From Eledone cirrhosa (lineage: Eukaryota): a DNA stretch of 64,000 nucleotides. The position numbers were made by a program, and so were the translations under genes. Below, piece after piece: positions 27,301-40,620 of the stretch (position 1 is the first letter of the stretch; every line of letters begins with the position of its first letter). The stretch is from contig OZ024743.1 in NCBI GenBank assembly GCA_964016885.1, positions 327,732,001 to 327,796,000 of the forward strand. The letters are read 5' to 3'. Under the pieces are notes generated by a model. It had not been told where the DNA came from, did no database searches, and was given only the letters and a program-made list of their open reading frames with translations.

Positions 27301-30300
27301 GTTTCACTATACAACATGGCTTGACTATACAAAGTAGCTTGACTATAGAAAGTAGTTTGACTATATAATGTAGTTTGACTATAGAAAGTAGTTTCACTAT
27401 ACAACATGGCTTGACTATACAAAATTAGCTTAACTATAGGAAGTAGTTTGACTATAGAAAGTAGTTTGACTATAGAAAGGAGTTTCATGGCTTCATGCAG
27501 TTTCATGGCTTGACTATACAAAGTAGCTTGACTATAGAAAGTAGTTTAACTATATAAAGTAGTTTGACTATAGAAAGTAGTTTGAATATAGAAAGTAGTT
27601 TCACTATACAACATGGCTTGACTATACAAAGTAGCTTGACTATAGAAAGTAGTTTGACTATATAATGTAGTTTGACTATAGAAAGTAGTTTCACTATCCA
27701 ACATGGCTTGACTATAGAATGCAGTTTAACTATACACCATGGCGTGAATATACAAAGTAGCTTGACTATAGAAAGAAGTTTGACTATACAAAGTAGTTTG
27801 ACTATACAAAGTAGTTTGACTATACAAAGTAGTTTGACTATACAACAGGACTTGACTATACAAAGTAGTTTGACTATATAAAGTAGTTTGACTATACAAA
27901 GTAGTTTGACTATACAAAGTTGTTTGACTATACAAAGCAGTTTGACTATACAAAGTAGTTTGATTGTACAACATGACTTGACTATACAAAGTAGTTTGAC
28001 TATACAAAGTAGTTTGACTATTGAAAGTAGTTTGACTATACAAAGTAGTTTGACTATTCAAAGTAGTTTGATTATATAAAGTGGTTTGATTATAGAAAGT
28101 AGTTTCACTATACAATATGGCTTGACTATACAAAGTAGCTTAACTATAGAAAGTAGTTTGACTATAGAACGTAGTTTGACTATAGAAAGCAGTTTCACTA
28201 TGCAACATAGCTTGACTATACAAAGTAGCTTGAGCATAGAAAATAGTTTGACTATAGAAAGTAGTTTGACTATACATAGTAGTTTGACTATACAAAATAG
28301 TTTGACTATACAAAGTAGTTTGACTATACAACATGACTTCACTATACAAAGTAGTTTGACTATACAACATGACTTCACTATACAAAGTAGTTTGACTATA
28401 CGAAGTAGTTTGACTATACGAAGTAGTTTGATTAATGAAAGTAGTTTGACTATACAACATGACTTGACTATACAACATGACTTGACTATACAAAGTAGTT
28501 TGATTACACAAAGTAGTTTGACTATACAATATGACTTGACTATAGAAAGTAGTTTGACTATACAAACTAGTTTGATTATTCAAAGCGGTTTGACTATACA
28601 AAGTAGCTTGACTATTCAAAGTAATTTGACTATACAAAGTAGTTTGACTATACAAAGTAGTTTGACTATAGAAAGTGGTTTGACTATAGAAAGTAGTTTC
28701 ACTATACAACATGGCTTGACAGTACAAAGTAGCTTGATTATAGAAAGTGGTTTGACTATAGACAGTAGTTTCACTATACGACATGGCTTGACTATACAAA
28801 GTAGTTTGAATATAGAAAGTAGTTTGACTATAGAAAGTAGTTTGACTATAGAAAGCAGTTTGACAATAGAAGGTAGTTTCACTATACAACATGGCTTGAT
28901 TATAAAAAGTAGCTTGACTATAGAAAGTAGTTTGACTATACAATATGACTTGACTATACAAAGTAGTTTGACTATACAAATTAGTTTGATTATTCAAAGC
29001 GGTTTGACTATACAAAGTAGCTTGACTATTCAAAGTAATTTGACTCTACGAAGTAGTTTGACTATACAAAGTAGTTTGACTATAGAAATTAGTTTGACTC
29101 TAGAAAGTAGTTTCAATATAAAACATGGGTTGACTATACAAAGTAGCTTGACTATAGAAAGTAGTTTTCTATAGAAAGTAGTTTGACTATAGAAACTAGT
29201 TTCACTATACAACATGGCTTGACTATACAACGTAGATTGACTATAGAAAGTGGTTTGACTATAGAAAGTAGTTTCACTATACAACATGGCTTGACTATAC
29301 AAAGTAGTTTGGATATAGAAAGTAGTTTGACTATAGAAAGTAGTTTGACTATAGAAAGTAGTTTCACTATACAACATAGCTTGACTATACAAAGTAGTTT
29401 GAATATAGAAAGTAGTTTGACTATAGAAAGTAGTTTGACTATAGAAAGCAGTTTGACAATAGAAAGTAGTTTCACTATACAACATGGCTTGACTATACAA
29501 AGTAGCTTGACTATAGACAGTAGTTTGTCTATAGAAAGTGGTTTCACTATAGAATGTAGTTTGACTATACAAAGTAGTTTGACTATAGAACACGGCGTGA
29601 TAATACAAATTAATTTGACTATAGAAAGTAGGTTGACTATAGAAAGTAGTTTGACTATAGATAGTAGTTTGACCATACAAAGTAGTTTGACTATACAACA
29701 TGACTTGACTATACAAAGTAGCTTGACTATAGAAAATAGTTTGACTAGAGAAAGTAGTTTGACTAGAGAAAGTAGTTTAACTATACAAAGTAGTTTGACT
29801 ATACAACATGGCTTGTCTATACAAAGTAGCTTGACTATAGAAAGTAATTTGACTATACAAAGTAGTTTCACTATAGAAATTAGTTTGACTATAGAAAGTA
29901 GTTTCACTATAAAACATGGCTTGTCTATAGAAAGTAGCTTGCCTATAGAAAGTATTTTGACTATACAAAGTAGCTTGACTATAGAAAGTAGTTTGACTAC
30001 AGAAAGCAGTTTGACTATAGAAAGTATTTTGAATATAGAAAGTAGTTTGACAATGGAAAATAGTTTCAGTATAAAACATGGCTTTACTATAGAAAGTAGC
30101 TTGCCTATAGAAAGTAGTTTAACTATAGAAATTAGTTTGACTATAGAAAGTAGTTTGACTATAGAAAGTAGTTTTACTATACAACATGGCTTGACTATAC
30201 AAAGTAGCTTGACTATAGAAAGTAGTTTGACTATATAAAGTAGTTTGACTATAGAAATTAGTTTGAATATAGAAAGTAGTTTCACTATACAACATGGCTT

Positions 30301-33300
30301 GACTATACAAAGTAGCTTGACTATAGAAAGTAGTTTGACTATATAATGTAGTTTGACTATAGAAAGTAGTTTCACTATACAACATGGCTTGACTATACAA
30401 AATTAGCTTAACTATAGGAAGTAGTTTGACTATAGAAAGTAGTTTGACTATAGAAAGGAGTTTCATGGCTTCATGCAGTTTCATGGCTTGACTATACAAA
30501 GTAGCTTGACTATAGAAAGTAGTTTAACTATATAAAGTAGTTTGACTATAGAAAGTAGTTTGAATATAGAAAGTAGTTTCACTATACAACATGGCTTGAC
30601 TATACAAAGTAGCTTGACTATAGAAAGTAGTTTGACTATATAATGTAGTTTGACTATAGAAAGTAGTTTCACTATCCAACATGGCTTGACTATAGAATGC
30701 AGTTTAACTATACACCATGGCTTGACTATACAAAGTAGCCAGACTATAGAAAATAGTTTGACTATAGAAAGTAATTTCACTTTACATCGTGGCTTGACTA
30801 GCCAAAGTAGCTTGACTATACAAAGTAGCTTGACTATACAAAGTAAGTTGACTATAGAAAGTAGTTTGACTATACAAAGTAGTTTGACTATACAACAGGA
30901 CTTGACTATACAAAGTAGTTTGACTATATAAAGTAATTTGACTATACAAAGTAGTTTGACTATACAAAGTAGTTTGACTATAGAAAGCAGGTTGACTATA
31001 GAAAGTAGTTTCACTATACAACATGACTTGACTATACAAAGTAGCTTAACTATAGAAAGTAGTTTGACTATATAAAGTAGTTTGACTATAGAAAGTAGTT
31101 TGACTATAGAAAGTAGTTTGACTATAGAAAGTAGTTTCACTATACAACATGGCCTGACTATACAAAGTAGCTTGAGTATAGAAAGTAGTTTGACTATAGA
31201 CAATAGTTTGACTATACATAGTAGTTTGACTATACAAAATAGTTTGACTATACAAAGTAGTTTGACTATACAACATGACTTCACTATACAAAGTAATTTG
31301 ACTATACAAAATAGTTTGATTATTCAAAGTAGTTTGACTATACAAAGTAGTTTGAATATTCAAAGTAGTTTGACTATACAAAGTAGTTTGACTATACAAC
31401 ATGACTTGACTATGCAACATGACTTGACTATACAAAGTAATTTGACTATACAAAGTAGTTTCACTATACAACATGACTTCACTATACAAAGTAGTTTGAC
31501 TATACAAACTAGTTTGATTATTCAAAGTAGTTTGACTATACAAAGTAGTTTGACTATTAAAAGTAGTTTGACTATACAAATTAGTTTGACTATACAAAGT
31601 AGCTTGACTATAGAAATTAGTTTGACTCTAGAAAGTAGTTTCAATATAAAACATGGGTTGACTATACAAAGTAGCTTGACTATAGAAAGTAGTTTTCTAT
31701 AGAAAGTAGTTTGACTATAGAAACTAGTTTCACTATACAACATGGCTTGACTATACAACGTAGATTGACTATAGAAAGTGGTTTGACTATAGAAAGTAGT
31801 TTCACTATACAACATGGCTTGACTATACAAAGTAGTTTGGATATAGAAAGTAGTTTGACTATAGAAAGTAGTTTGACTATAGAAAGTAGTTTCACTATAC
31901 AACATAGCTTGACTATACAAAGTAGTTTGAATATAGAAAGTAGTTTGACTATAGAAAGTAGTTTGACTATAGAAAGCAGTTTGACAATAGAAAGTAGTTT
32001 CACTATACAACATGGCTTGACTATACAAAGTAGCTTGACTATAGACAGTAGTTTGACTATAGAAAGTAGTTTCACTATAGAATGTAGTTTGACTATACAA
32101 AGTAGTTTGACTATAGAACACGGCGTGATAATACAAATTAATTTGACTATAGAAAGTAGGTTGACTATAGAAAGTAGTTTGACTATAGATAGTAGTTTGA
32201 CCATACAAAGTAGTTTGACTATACAACATGACTTGACTATACAAAGTAGCTTGACTATAGAAAATAGTTTGACTAGAGAAAGTAGTTTGACTAGAGAAAG
32301 TTGTTTAACTATACAAAGTAGTTTGACTATACAACATGGCTTGTCTATACAAAGTAGCTTGACTATAGAAAGTAATTTGACTATACAAAGTAGTTTCACT
32401 ATAGAAATTAGTTTGACTATAGAAAGTAGTTTCACTATAAAACATGGCTTGTCTATAGAAAGTAGCTTGCCTATAGAAAGTATTTTGACTATACAAAGTA
32501 GCTTGACTATAGAAAGTAGTTTGACTACAGAAAGCAGTTTGACTATAGAAAGTATTTTGAATATAGAAAGTAGTTTGACAATGGAAAATAGTTTCAGTAT
32601 AAAACATGGCTTTACTATAGAAAGTAGCTTGCCTATAGAAAGTAGTTTAACTATAGAAATTAGTTTGACTATAGAAAGTAGTTTTACTATACAACATGGC
32701 TTGACTATACAAAGTAGCTTGACTATAGAAAGTAGTTTGACTATATAAAGTAGTTTGACTATAGAAAGTAGTTTGAATATAGAAAGTAGTTTCACTATAC
32801 AACATGGCTTGACTATACAAAGTAGCTTGACTATAGAAAGTAGTTTGACTATATAATGTAGTTTGACTATAGAAAGTAGTTTCACTATACAACATGGCTT
32901 GACTATACAAAATTAGCTTAACTATAGGAAGTAGTTTGACTATAGAAAGTAGTTTGACTATAGAAACGAGTTTCATGGCTTCATGCAGTTTCATGGCTTG
33001 ACTATACAAAGTAGCTTGACTATAGAAAGTAGTTTAACTATAGAAATTAGTTTGACTATAGAAAGTAGTTTGACTATAGAAAGTAGTTTTACTATACAAC
33101 ATGGCTTGACTATACAAAGTAGCTTGACTATAGAAAGTAGTTTGACTATATAAAGTAGTTTGACTATAGAAAGTAGTTTGAATATAGAAAGTAGTTTCAC
33201 TATACAACATGGCTTGACTATACAAAGTAGCTTGACTATAGAAAGTAGTTTGACTATATAATGTAGTTTGACTATAGAAAGTAGTTTCACTATCCAACAT

Positions 33301-35921
33301 GGCTTGACTATAGAATGCAGTTTAACTATACACCATGACTTGACTATACAAAGTAGCTAGACTATAGAAAATAGTTTGACTATAGAAAGTAATTTCACTT
33401 TACAACGTGGCTTGACTAGCCAAAGTAGCTTGACTATACAAAGTAGCTTGACTATACAAAGTAAGTTGACTATAGAAAGTAGTTTGACTATACAAAGTAG
33501 TTTGACTATACAACAGGACTTGACTATACAAAGTAGTTTGACTATATAAAGTAATTTGACTATACAAAGTAGTTTGACTATAGAAAGCAGTTTGACTATA
33601 GAAAGTAGTTTCACTATACAACATGACTTGACTATACAAAGTAGCTTAACTATAGAAAGTAGTTTGACTATATAAAGTAGTTTGACTATAGAAAGTAGTT
33701 TGACTATAGAAAGTAGTTTCACTATACAACATGGCTTGACTATACAAATTAGCTTGAGTATTGAAAGTAGTTTGACTATAGACAATAGTTTGACTATACA
33801 TAGTAGTTTGACTATACAAAATAGTTTGACTATACAAAGTAGTTTGACTATACAACATGACTTCACTATACAAAGTAATTTGACTATACAAAATAGTTTG
33901 ATTATTCAAAGTAGTTTGACTATACAAAGTAGTTTGAATATTCAAAGTAGTTTGACTATACAAAGTAGTTTGACTATACAACATGACTTGACTATGCAAC
34001 ATGACTTGACTATACAAAGTAATTTGACTATACAAAGTAGTTTCACTATACAACATGACTTCACTATACAAAGTAGTTTGACTATACAAACTAGTTTGAT
34101 TATTCAAAGTAGTTTGACTATACAAAGTAGTTTGACTATTCAAAGTAGTTTGACTATACAAATTAGTTTGACTATACAAAGTAGCTTGACTATACAAAGT
34201 AGTTTGACTATACAAAGTAGTTTGACTATAGAAGTAGTTTCACTATACAACATGGCTTGACTATAGAAAGTAGTTTGACTATAGAAAGTAGTTTGACTAT
34301 ACAAAGTAATTTCACTATACAACATGGCTTGGCTAGCCAAAGTAGCTTGACTATACAAAGTAGCTGGACTATACAAAGTAGTTTGAATATAGAAAGTAGT
34401 TTGACTATACAAGGTAGTTTGACTATACAACAGGACTTGACTATACAAAGTAGTTTGACTATATAAAGTAGTTTGACTATACAAAGTAGTTTGACTATAC
34501 AACGTAGTTTGACTATACAAAGTAGTTTGATTATACAACATGACTTGACTATACAAAGTAGTTTGACTATCTAAAGTAGTTTGACTATACAACATGACTT
34601 GACTATACAATGTACTTTGACTATACAAAGTAGTTTGGCTATTCAAAGTAGTTTGACTACAGAAAGTAGTTTGACTATAGAAAGTAGTTTCACTATACAA
34701 CATGGCTTGACTATACAAATTAACTTAACTATAGAAAGTAGTTTGACTATAGAAAGCAGTTTGACTATAGAAATTAATTTCACTATACAACATGGCTTGA
34801 CTATACAAAGTAGCTTGACTATAGAAAGTAGTTTGACTATAGAAAGTAGTTTGACTATAGAAAGTAGTTTCACTATACAACATGATTTCACTATACAAAG
34901 TAGTTTGATTATACAAAGTAGTTTGATTATTCAAAGTAGTTTGACTATACAAAGTAGTTTGACTATTCAAAGTAGTTTGTCTATACAAATTAGTTTGACT
35001 ATACAACATGACTTGACTATACAACATGACTTGACTATACAAAGTAGTTTGACTAGAAAAAGTAGTTTGACTATACAACATGACTTGACTATACAAAGTA
35101 GTTTGACTATACAAAGTAGTTTGACTATACAACATGACTTGACTCTACAAAGCAGTTTGACTATACAAACTAGTTTGATTATTCAAAGTAGTTTGACTAT
35201 AGAAAGTAGTTTGACTATACAAAGTAGTTTGATTATACAAAGTAGCTTGACTATACAAAGTAGTTTGACTATACAAAGTAGTTTGACTATAGAAAGTAGT
35301 TTCACTATACAAAGTAGTTTGACTATAGAAATTAGTTTGACTATAGAAATTAGTTTCAATATAAAACATGGGTTGACTATACAAAGTAACTTGACTATAG
35401 AAAGTAGTTTGTCTATAGAAAGTAGTTTGACTATAGAAAGTAGTTTCACTATACAACATGGCTTGACTATACAAAGTAGCTTGACTATAGAAAGTGGTTT
35501 GACTATAGAAAGAAGTTTCACTATACAACATGGCTTGACTATACAAAGTAGCTTGACTATAGAAAGTAGTTTGACTATAGAAAGTAGTTTGACTATAGAA
35601 AGCAGTTTGACTATAGAAAGTAGTTTCACTATACAACATGGCTTGACTATACAAAGTAGCTTGACTATAGAAAGTAGTTTGACTATAGAAAGTAGTTTCA
35701 CTATACAAAGTAGCTTGACTATACAAAGTAGCTTGACTATAGAAAGGTGTTTGACTATAGAAAGTAGTTTGAGTATAGAAAGTACTTTGAGTATGGAAAA
35801 TAGTTTCACTATACAATATGGCTTGACTATACAAAGTAGCTTGCCTATAGAAAGGAGTTTAACTATAAAAATTAGTTTGACTATAGAAAGTAGTTTGACT
35901 ATAGAAAGTAGTTTCACTATA
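9373..35921. repeat. ~26.5 kb 18-bp tandem array, consensus TTGACTATA(C/G)AAAGTAGT, with higher-order duplications
   Basis: About 1470 units (length divided by 18), all head to tail. Recurring variants include CAACATGGC, CAACATGAC and TTCACT. Both edges are sharp. Confidence 0.98.
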
Positions 35922-36805
35922 CCCCCTCTATTCAATCTATACATGGACAGATGGACAATCATATGGATCATTTTGCATATATGTACTCTGTGTTTTTGGA
36001 TTTATTCACTATTGGTTCTGTTCTTTTCTTTTCTTTTGTGTAATTTATGTCTGTTTTTCTTTGATTTTGTTCCATGTGATGGAAATTATGACTGTACCAG
36101 ATTGACTAATGCCTTGAACCCTGTAGTTTGCCCTCCATTATAATGTACGGCACTGTCGTTCAATATGTGGATAGATTAACTGTGACACTAGAATCCCTCT
36201 CAGAACTTATTACTTAAACATCTCTCTCCATATTATTTACTCACTTCAATCTATATTTTCACTCAATCCGAATTATCACTTGAATAATTTTTGAATTTCG
36301 AATTTTTGAATTTTTGAATTGTTTAATTTATAATCTCTGATATTTGATTTAGGATTTAAATTTTTAATTTTTATTTACAACTCTCCCTCTTAACTTCCAA
36401 TGTAAAAACATGGTACCTAGAATTAAGTTTATTTTCCCTTATGAGTTGATGGTCAGTCTTGCTGTCAACGCTTAGTGAAAGGTAGTATTATGACCTATAA
36501 AAACTAACACCCTCCCATCCCCTCTGGCTTTCGGCTGACTGCCACAGTCGTGATGGGTAGCAGTAAACTTTGGTAGGGCATAGGTGGGCCATTGTTTTGG
36601 CTGAGAGGTTGAACTGACAGCGAATTTCGTTGAAATCTGCGGTGGCTAATGGTCAACTTCCTTCGGACATGCGCTTGCGCAGACCGGTGGGGGTGAATTG
36701 GTACTCACAAGGGAACGGATGAAAAACCCAAAAGCACGAACTTCATCCGTTCCCATGTCGATTCAATTTGGATTGCCTCGGAAACATAACCTTATTATGT
36801 AACAA

Positions 36806-36879
36806 GCTGTCTGATGATGACACGACACTCGCACACAGAACAGTGTGGCCAGTGTCGTCATTGAAATATATATCACAGC
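36806..36879 (+). ncRNA. Minimal type I hammerhead ribozyme
   Basis: gctgt-CTGATGA(36811)-stem II gacact/agtgtc-GAAA(36863)-palindromic tatata-TC-acagc. Confidence 0.75.
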
Positions 36880-37004
36880 ATTATTATTAAAGAACTTGAA
36901 CATCTGAAACTACTTCGCTTTTCCTTATTCGATATTTACTCCGTCACTCCTATGTGGAAAAAGTACGTTGAGTGCTTGAATTGAATTGCATCAATATTTA
37001 CCCT

Positions 37005-37089
<85 letters not shown>

Positions 37090-38276
37090 TTATCATAATT
37101 ATCATGTGAATGCAGTCTTAAAATTCCATTAGTTTAAGTTTTAAACAATTTTCTTTTTCCATCATTTTAACACATCTCTGTATATTTACTTTATATAGCT
37201 TTTGAAATTATTTTTAATGATTCATCCACAGAAGATTTTCCATTCTTTATGAAAATACAACATTGCTTAATATTATTTTTATTCCCATTTAGTAGCTTTG
37301 CAAGAGTTCTCAGATTTCTGGTTTAGAGATATCACAAACTGCTTCAGGATGTGAAACAGTTCAGTTAGGCAAAAACACAGATTGTTGTAACTCATGAAAG
37401 AGTTTATAGTATTTATCAATGGGTGCTCAACTCACACAATGTGAAGATCAACTATTCTTGTATAGAAAACATTGCTTCCTGGATAATATACTACAACTGC
37501 GAACATATTCATATACACACCACCCCAGACAGTTAATTTGTAACTCTCCAAATTCCTCTATTTGTCTAATTAGGGGGTCTGTTTTCTCCAAGAAGGTCAT
37601 ATGTTGAGCAGCCATAACACTTTCAAGTGGTGTTTCCTTCAACATCTTCACTTATTTAGATGAAGGTAGTGAGAAAAATTCTGTCAGAATTCATCTAGAA
37701 ACTCAGGAACTGGGGACTAGAATACACTCCAATAACATGGGATATTATTCTTAGAGCCACTCCATACTTCAACATGAGATACTTCCTAGGAGACCAGCTA
37801 AACATACATATGTGCGAGCTGTAAAATTCATTAAAATTCAGTTACTAAAATCTAAATACATATATATGAGGAAATACACACCTCCTTATCATTAAAACAC
37901 CCCCAAAATTTTCTATGAGATATGAAATTACAAGAGGCAAGTTGAACCTGCATAGGTAGGAACTGTAAAATTCATTCAAATGCAGTTACTAAAAGAGTGT
38001 ATCAAATATTTTATAAGTTTGTTATAAATTCAGTTATATTCAATTTTTTTTTTCAATGCTTTTATTTTACTTGCTTAAAGTTAACTTTTGGTTGTTATTA
38101 TTATACTAAAAATATATTTTAGAAGATATTTTATTGAATTGTATAGAGATTTTATTTAATATTTGGGTAATCTACTGATTGTTTATATTTCTCTTGCAGG
38201 AATGTATTAATAATAAGAATAAAAAGGAATATTTCTGTTAAACAACAATACCAACATACACACATACACATATATT

Positions 38277-38390
<114 letters not shown>

Positions 38391-39226
38391 AGAAAGAAAA
38401 GGATGTGTGTTGTACAGTTTGATGCAGAAACAAAACAGTGAAAACAGCCCAAGAAAGAAAAACAAGGAAGGAAAAGAAGAAGGATGTCTACTTGATTAAA
38501 AATTACTCCTATATTGGAAACTGACTGAAATAATAACAACAACATTCTGGGATTTTAATTCATAATCACTCACTTTCATTGAAAAACATTGTCTTAAAAA
38601 AATTCATTTAATTTCTGATTCATTGCAACGGAAAAAACAAACAAACAAGCAAACAAAAAACAACAAATTTTAATAATAATTGTTTCTACTTTTGGCAGCA
38701 ATTAATCAGTGCATTACTAGTACTTTATTTTATCGACCCTGTAAGGATGAATTCTTTATTAGCCCCTTTGGTTGAAAACATTAAGGACAATATAAGTATA
38801 CAAGGATTGAGGATTTACATGAAATGAGTAATCTGAAAAAAAACAAAACAACAAAAAACAAAACATAACAAAATAACAATAAACTAATATCGATATATTC
38901 CCCAATAGTTGGGAAGCACCACACAGAAGTGATTAAGGAATCCTATAAATCTGAGATCACTCTGATCACCAAGGGCACAATTGGAAAGTGGCCCTCTTAT
39001 TCTTTCCAGCCTATAGGTACATACTTAGAGCAGGCCCATCACTTGGGTTATTTTCACTACATTAACAGAAATAATCATTTTTAATAAACAACGACGCCTG
39101 CCCTAAGTATTTGGTTGATACTCAGTAGTCATATAAAATAAAATAAAAGAAAAAATACAAATAATAATAATTATTATTAATATTAGGGATGAGTGCTAAA
39201 TTTTCCCAACAGAATCAAGGCTAAAA

Positions 39227-40204
39227 ATGAATCACGTTCATTCAGAAACTGTAATTATTTTGCGTACAATATTCCTTGCAGTCATCACTATAGCCATTAT
39301 ATTCAGCAACATCCTTAACATTTGGATTCTCAGAAAAGTCCGGGAACTTCAGACCCTTGCAAAGGTCCTTCTCATTAATCTAAGCGTCGCAGATTTCATT
39401 AATGGTTTATTCGTTTGTTTACCTTCTGTCTTAGCCTCCGCAAGCAACAGGTGGCTGTTAGGTAAAATATACTGCTCCATATCATGTATTTTGCATGGCA
39501 TAACTTGTACGGTGTCGATATGGTGCCTGGCTATAGTTAGCTTGGACAGATACATCGCTATTAACTTCCCGGTTCGATATCGAAATGCTAAAAAGTTATA
39601 CTACTTGATCGCTATTTTGTTTGCTGTTTGGTTCCTGTCTTTGATAACTTTTGTTTCTCCACAGTTGGCTGATTCAGATTATTACGCATTCCAAGAATCT
39701 ATTGTCATGTGTGGAATGATGTGGAAGTCAGTTGCTTACTGCATTGCTACAGGTATCTATATCCCCATTTTAAGTGCCTTCGTAATCTTTTATTCTTCAT
39801 ACAAAGTTTCAAAAGCCCTTCTTGCGATTCAGCAAGCAAAATTAAATCGACGAGGACAGGTGAAATGTACTCGAGACATGAAAGCTATCCGGATGTTGAA
39901 AATAAGCACAGCATCTTATATTGCTGCTTGGGGGCCTTATACGCTAATTGCCTACTTGAAGGCCTTCCATGCATTTGAAGGCGTGCCTGAAGAGCTTGAA
40001 TTCACAGTGGCTTGGTTGGCCAACTGCAATAGTTTCATGAACGTCATCATTTACTCCGGAAATTTAGATGGGTTCTTACGTCAGTTAAAGAAAAGTTTCT
40101 CTTGTTGTATATGTTCTCGATGTTGCATGGATAACACCGTCTACCCAGAAATATGTGAGGATTCTAATTTACCTTCCACAATCACTCAAACCAACATCTA
40201 TTAG
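39227..40204 (+). CDS. Class A (rhodopsin-like) GPCR, 325 aa, orphan, aminergic- or GPR21/52-like
   Basis: Intact ORF with seven hydrophobic segments: TM1 SN, TM2 NLSVAD, ECL1 WLLG..YC, TM3 SLDRY, TM6 AWGPY, TM7 WLANCNSFMNVIIY, Cys-rich tail. Confidence 0.95.
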   Translation: MNHVHSETVIILRTIFLAVITIAIIFSNILNIWILRKVRELQTLAKVLLINLSVADFINGLFVCLPSVLASASNRWLLGKIYCSISCILHGITCTVSIWCLAIVSLDRYIAINFPVRYRNAKKLYYLIAILFAVWFLSLITFVSPQLADSDYYAFQESIVMCGMMWKSVAYCIATGIYIPILSAFVIFYSSYKVSKALLAIQQAKLNRRGQVKCTRDMKAIRMLKISTASYIAAWGPYTLIAYLKAFHAFEGVPEELEFTVAWLANCNSFMNVIIYSGNLDGFLRQLKKSFSCCICSRCCMDNTVYPEICEDSNLPSTITQTNIY

Positions 40205-40271
40205 ATATATCTGTATGTTGATGTGTGTGTATGCATGTATATGACACACATGCACAGATATATATATATAT

Positions 40272-40404
40272 ATAGCCATCGAAACGGCTTGAGCTCTGCC
40301 GTCGGGGTCTTGAACATTTTTCTATTACCCACTCTACTACCCTAAGTATTGGGTACTCTGGTGCGTTATGGTCCACCTGGTTCCTTACCACACTTCCTTC
40401 GTTA
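40272..40404 (+). repeat. Partial copy of the 3' end of the 5669-6599 element
   Basis: Near-identical to 6470-6599. Confidence 0.8.
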
Positions 40405-40475
40405 TGTAAATAAATATATATGCATAAATATATAAATATATACTGTATATATATATATAACTATATATATATACA

Positions 40476-40515
<40 letters not shown>

Positions 40516-40569
40516 TGTATATATATACAGTATATATTTATATATTTATGCATATATATTTATTTACAT

Positions 40570-40572
<3 letters not shown>
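40401..40572. repeat. AT-rich palindrome
   Basis: gttatgtaaataaatatatatgcataaatatataaatatatactgtatata... is mirrored as its reverse complement ending ...tatttacataac. Confidence 0.85.

Positions 40573-40616
<44 letters not shown>

Positions 40617-40620
<4 letters not shown>

Noticed and set aside
9373-35921. Long ORFs on both strands (up to 1115 aa IVKLLS, and YSQTTL frames) as genes
   Set aside because: They are expected by-products of an 18-bp unit lacking stops in several frames. There are no unique domains, and the frames are interrupted repeatedly.
9373-35921. CRISPR-like array (constant half plus variable half)
   Set aside because: The variable parts are 9-bp alleles of one consensus rather than unique spacers. 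There are no cas genes and the context is eukaryotic.
34581-36143. 520-aa ORF with a hydrophobic tail as a membrane-anchored repeat protein
   Set aside because: It starts at a TTG inside the array after a stop. The tail is T-rich flanking DNA, which translates as hydrophobic by chance. Revisit only if transcripts are found.
39227-40204. Opsin or biogenic amine receptor assignment
   Set aside because: No Lys at 7.43 and no Asp at 3.32.
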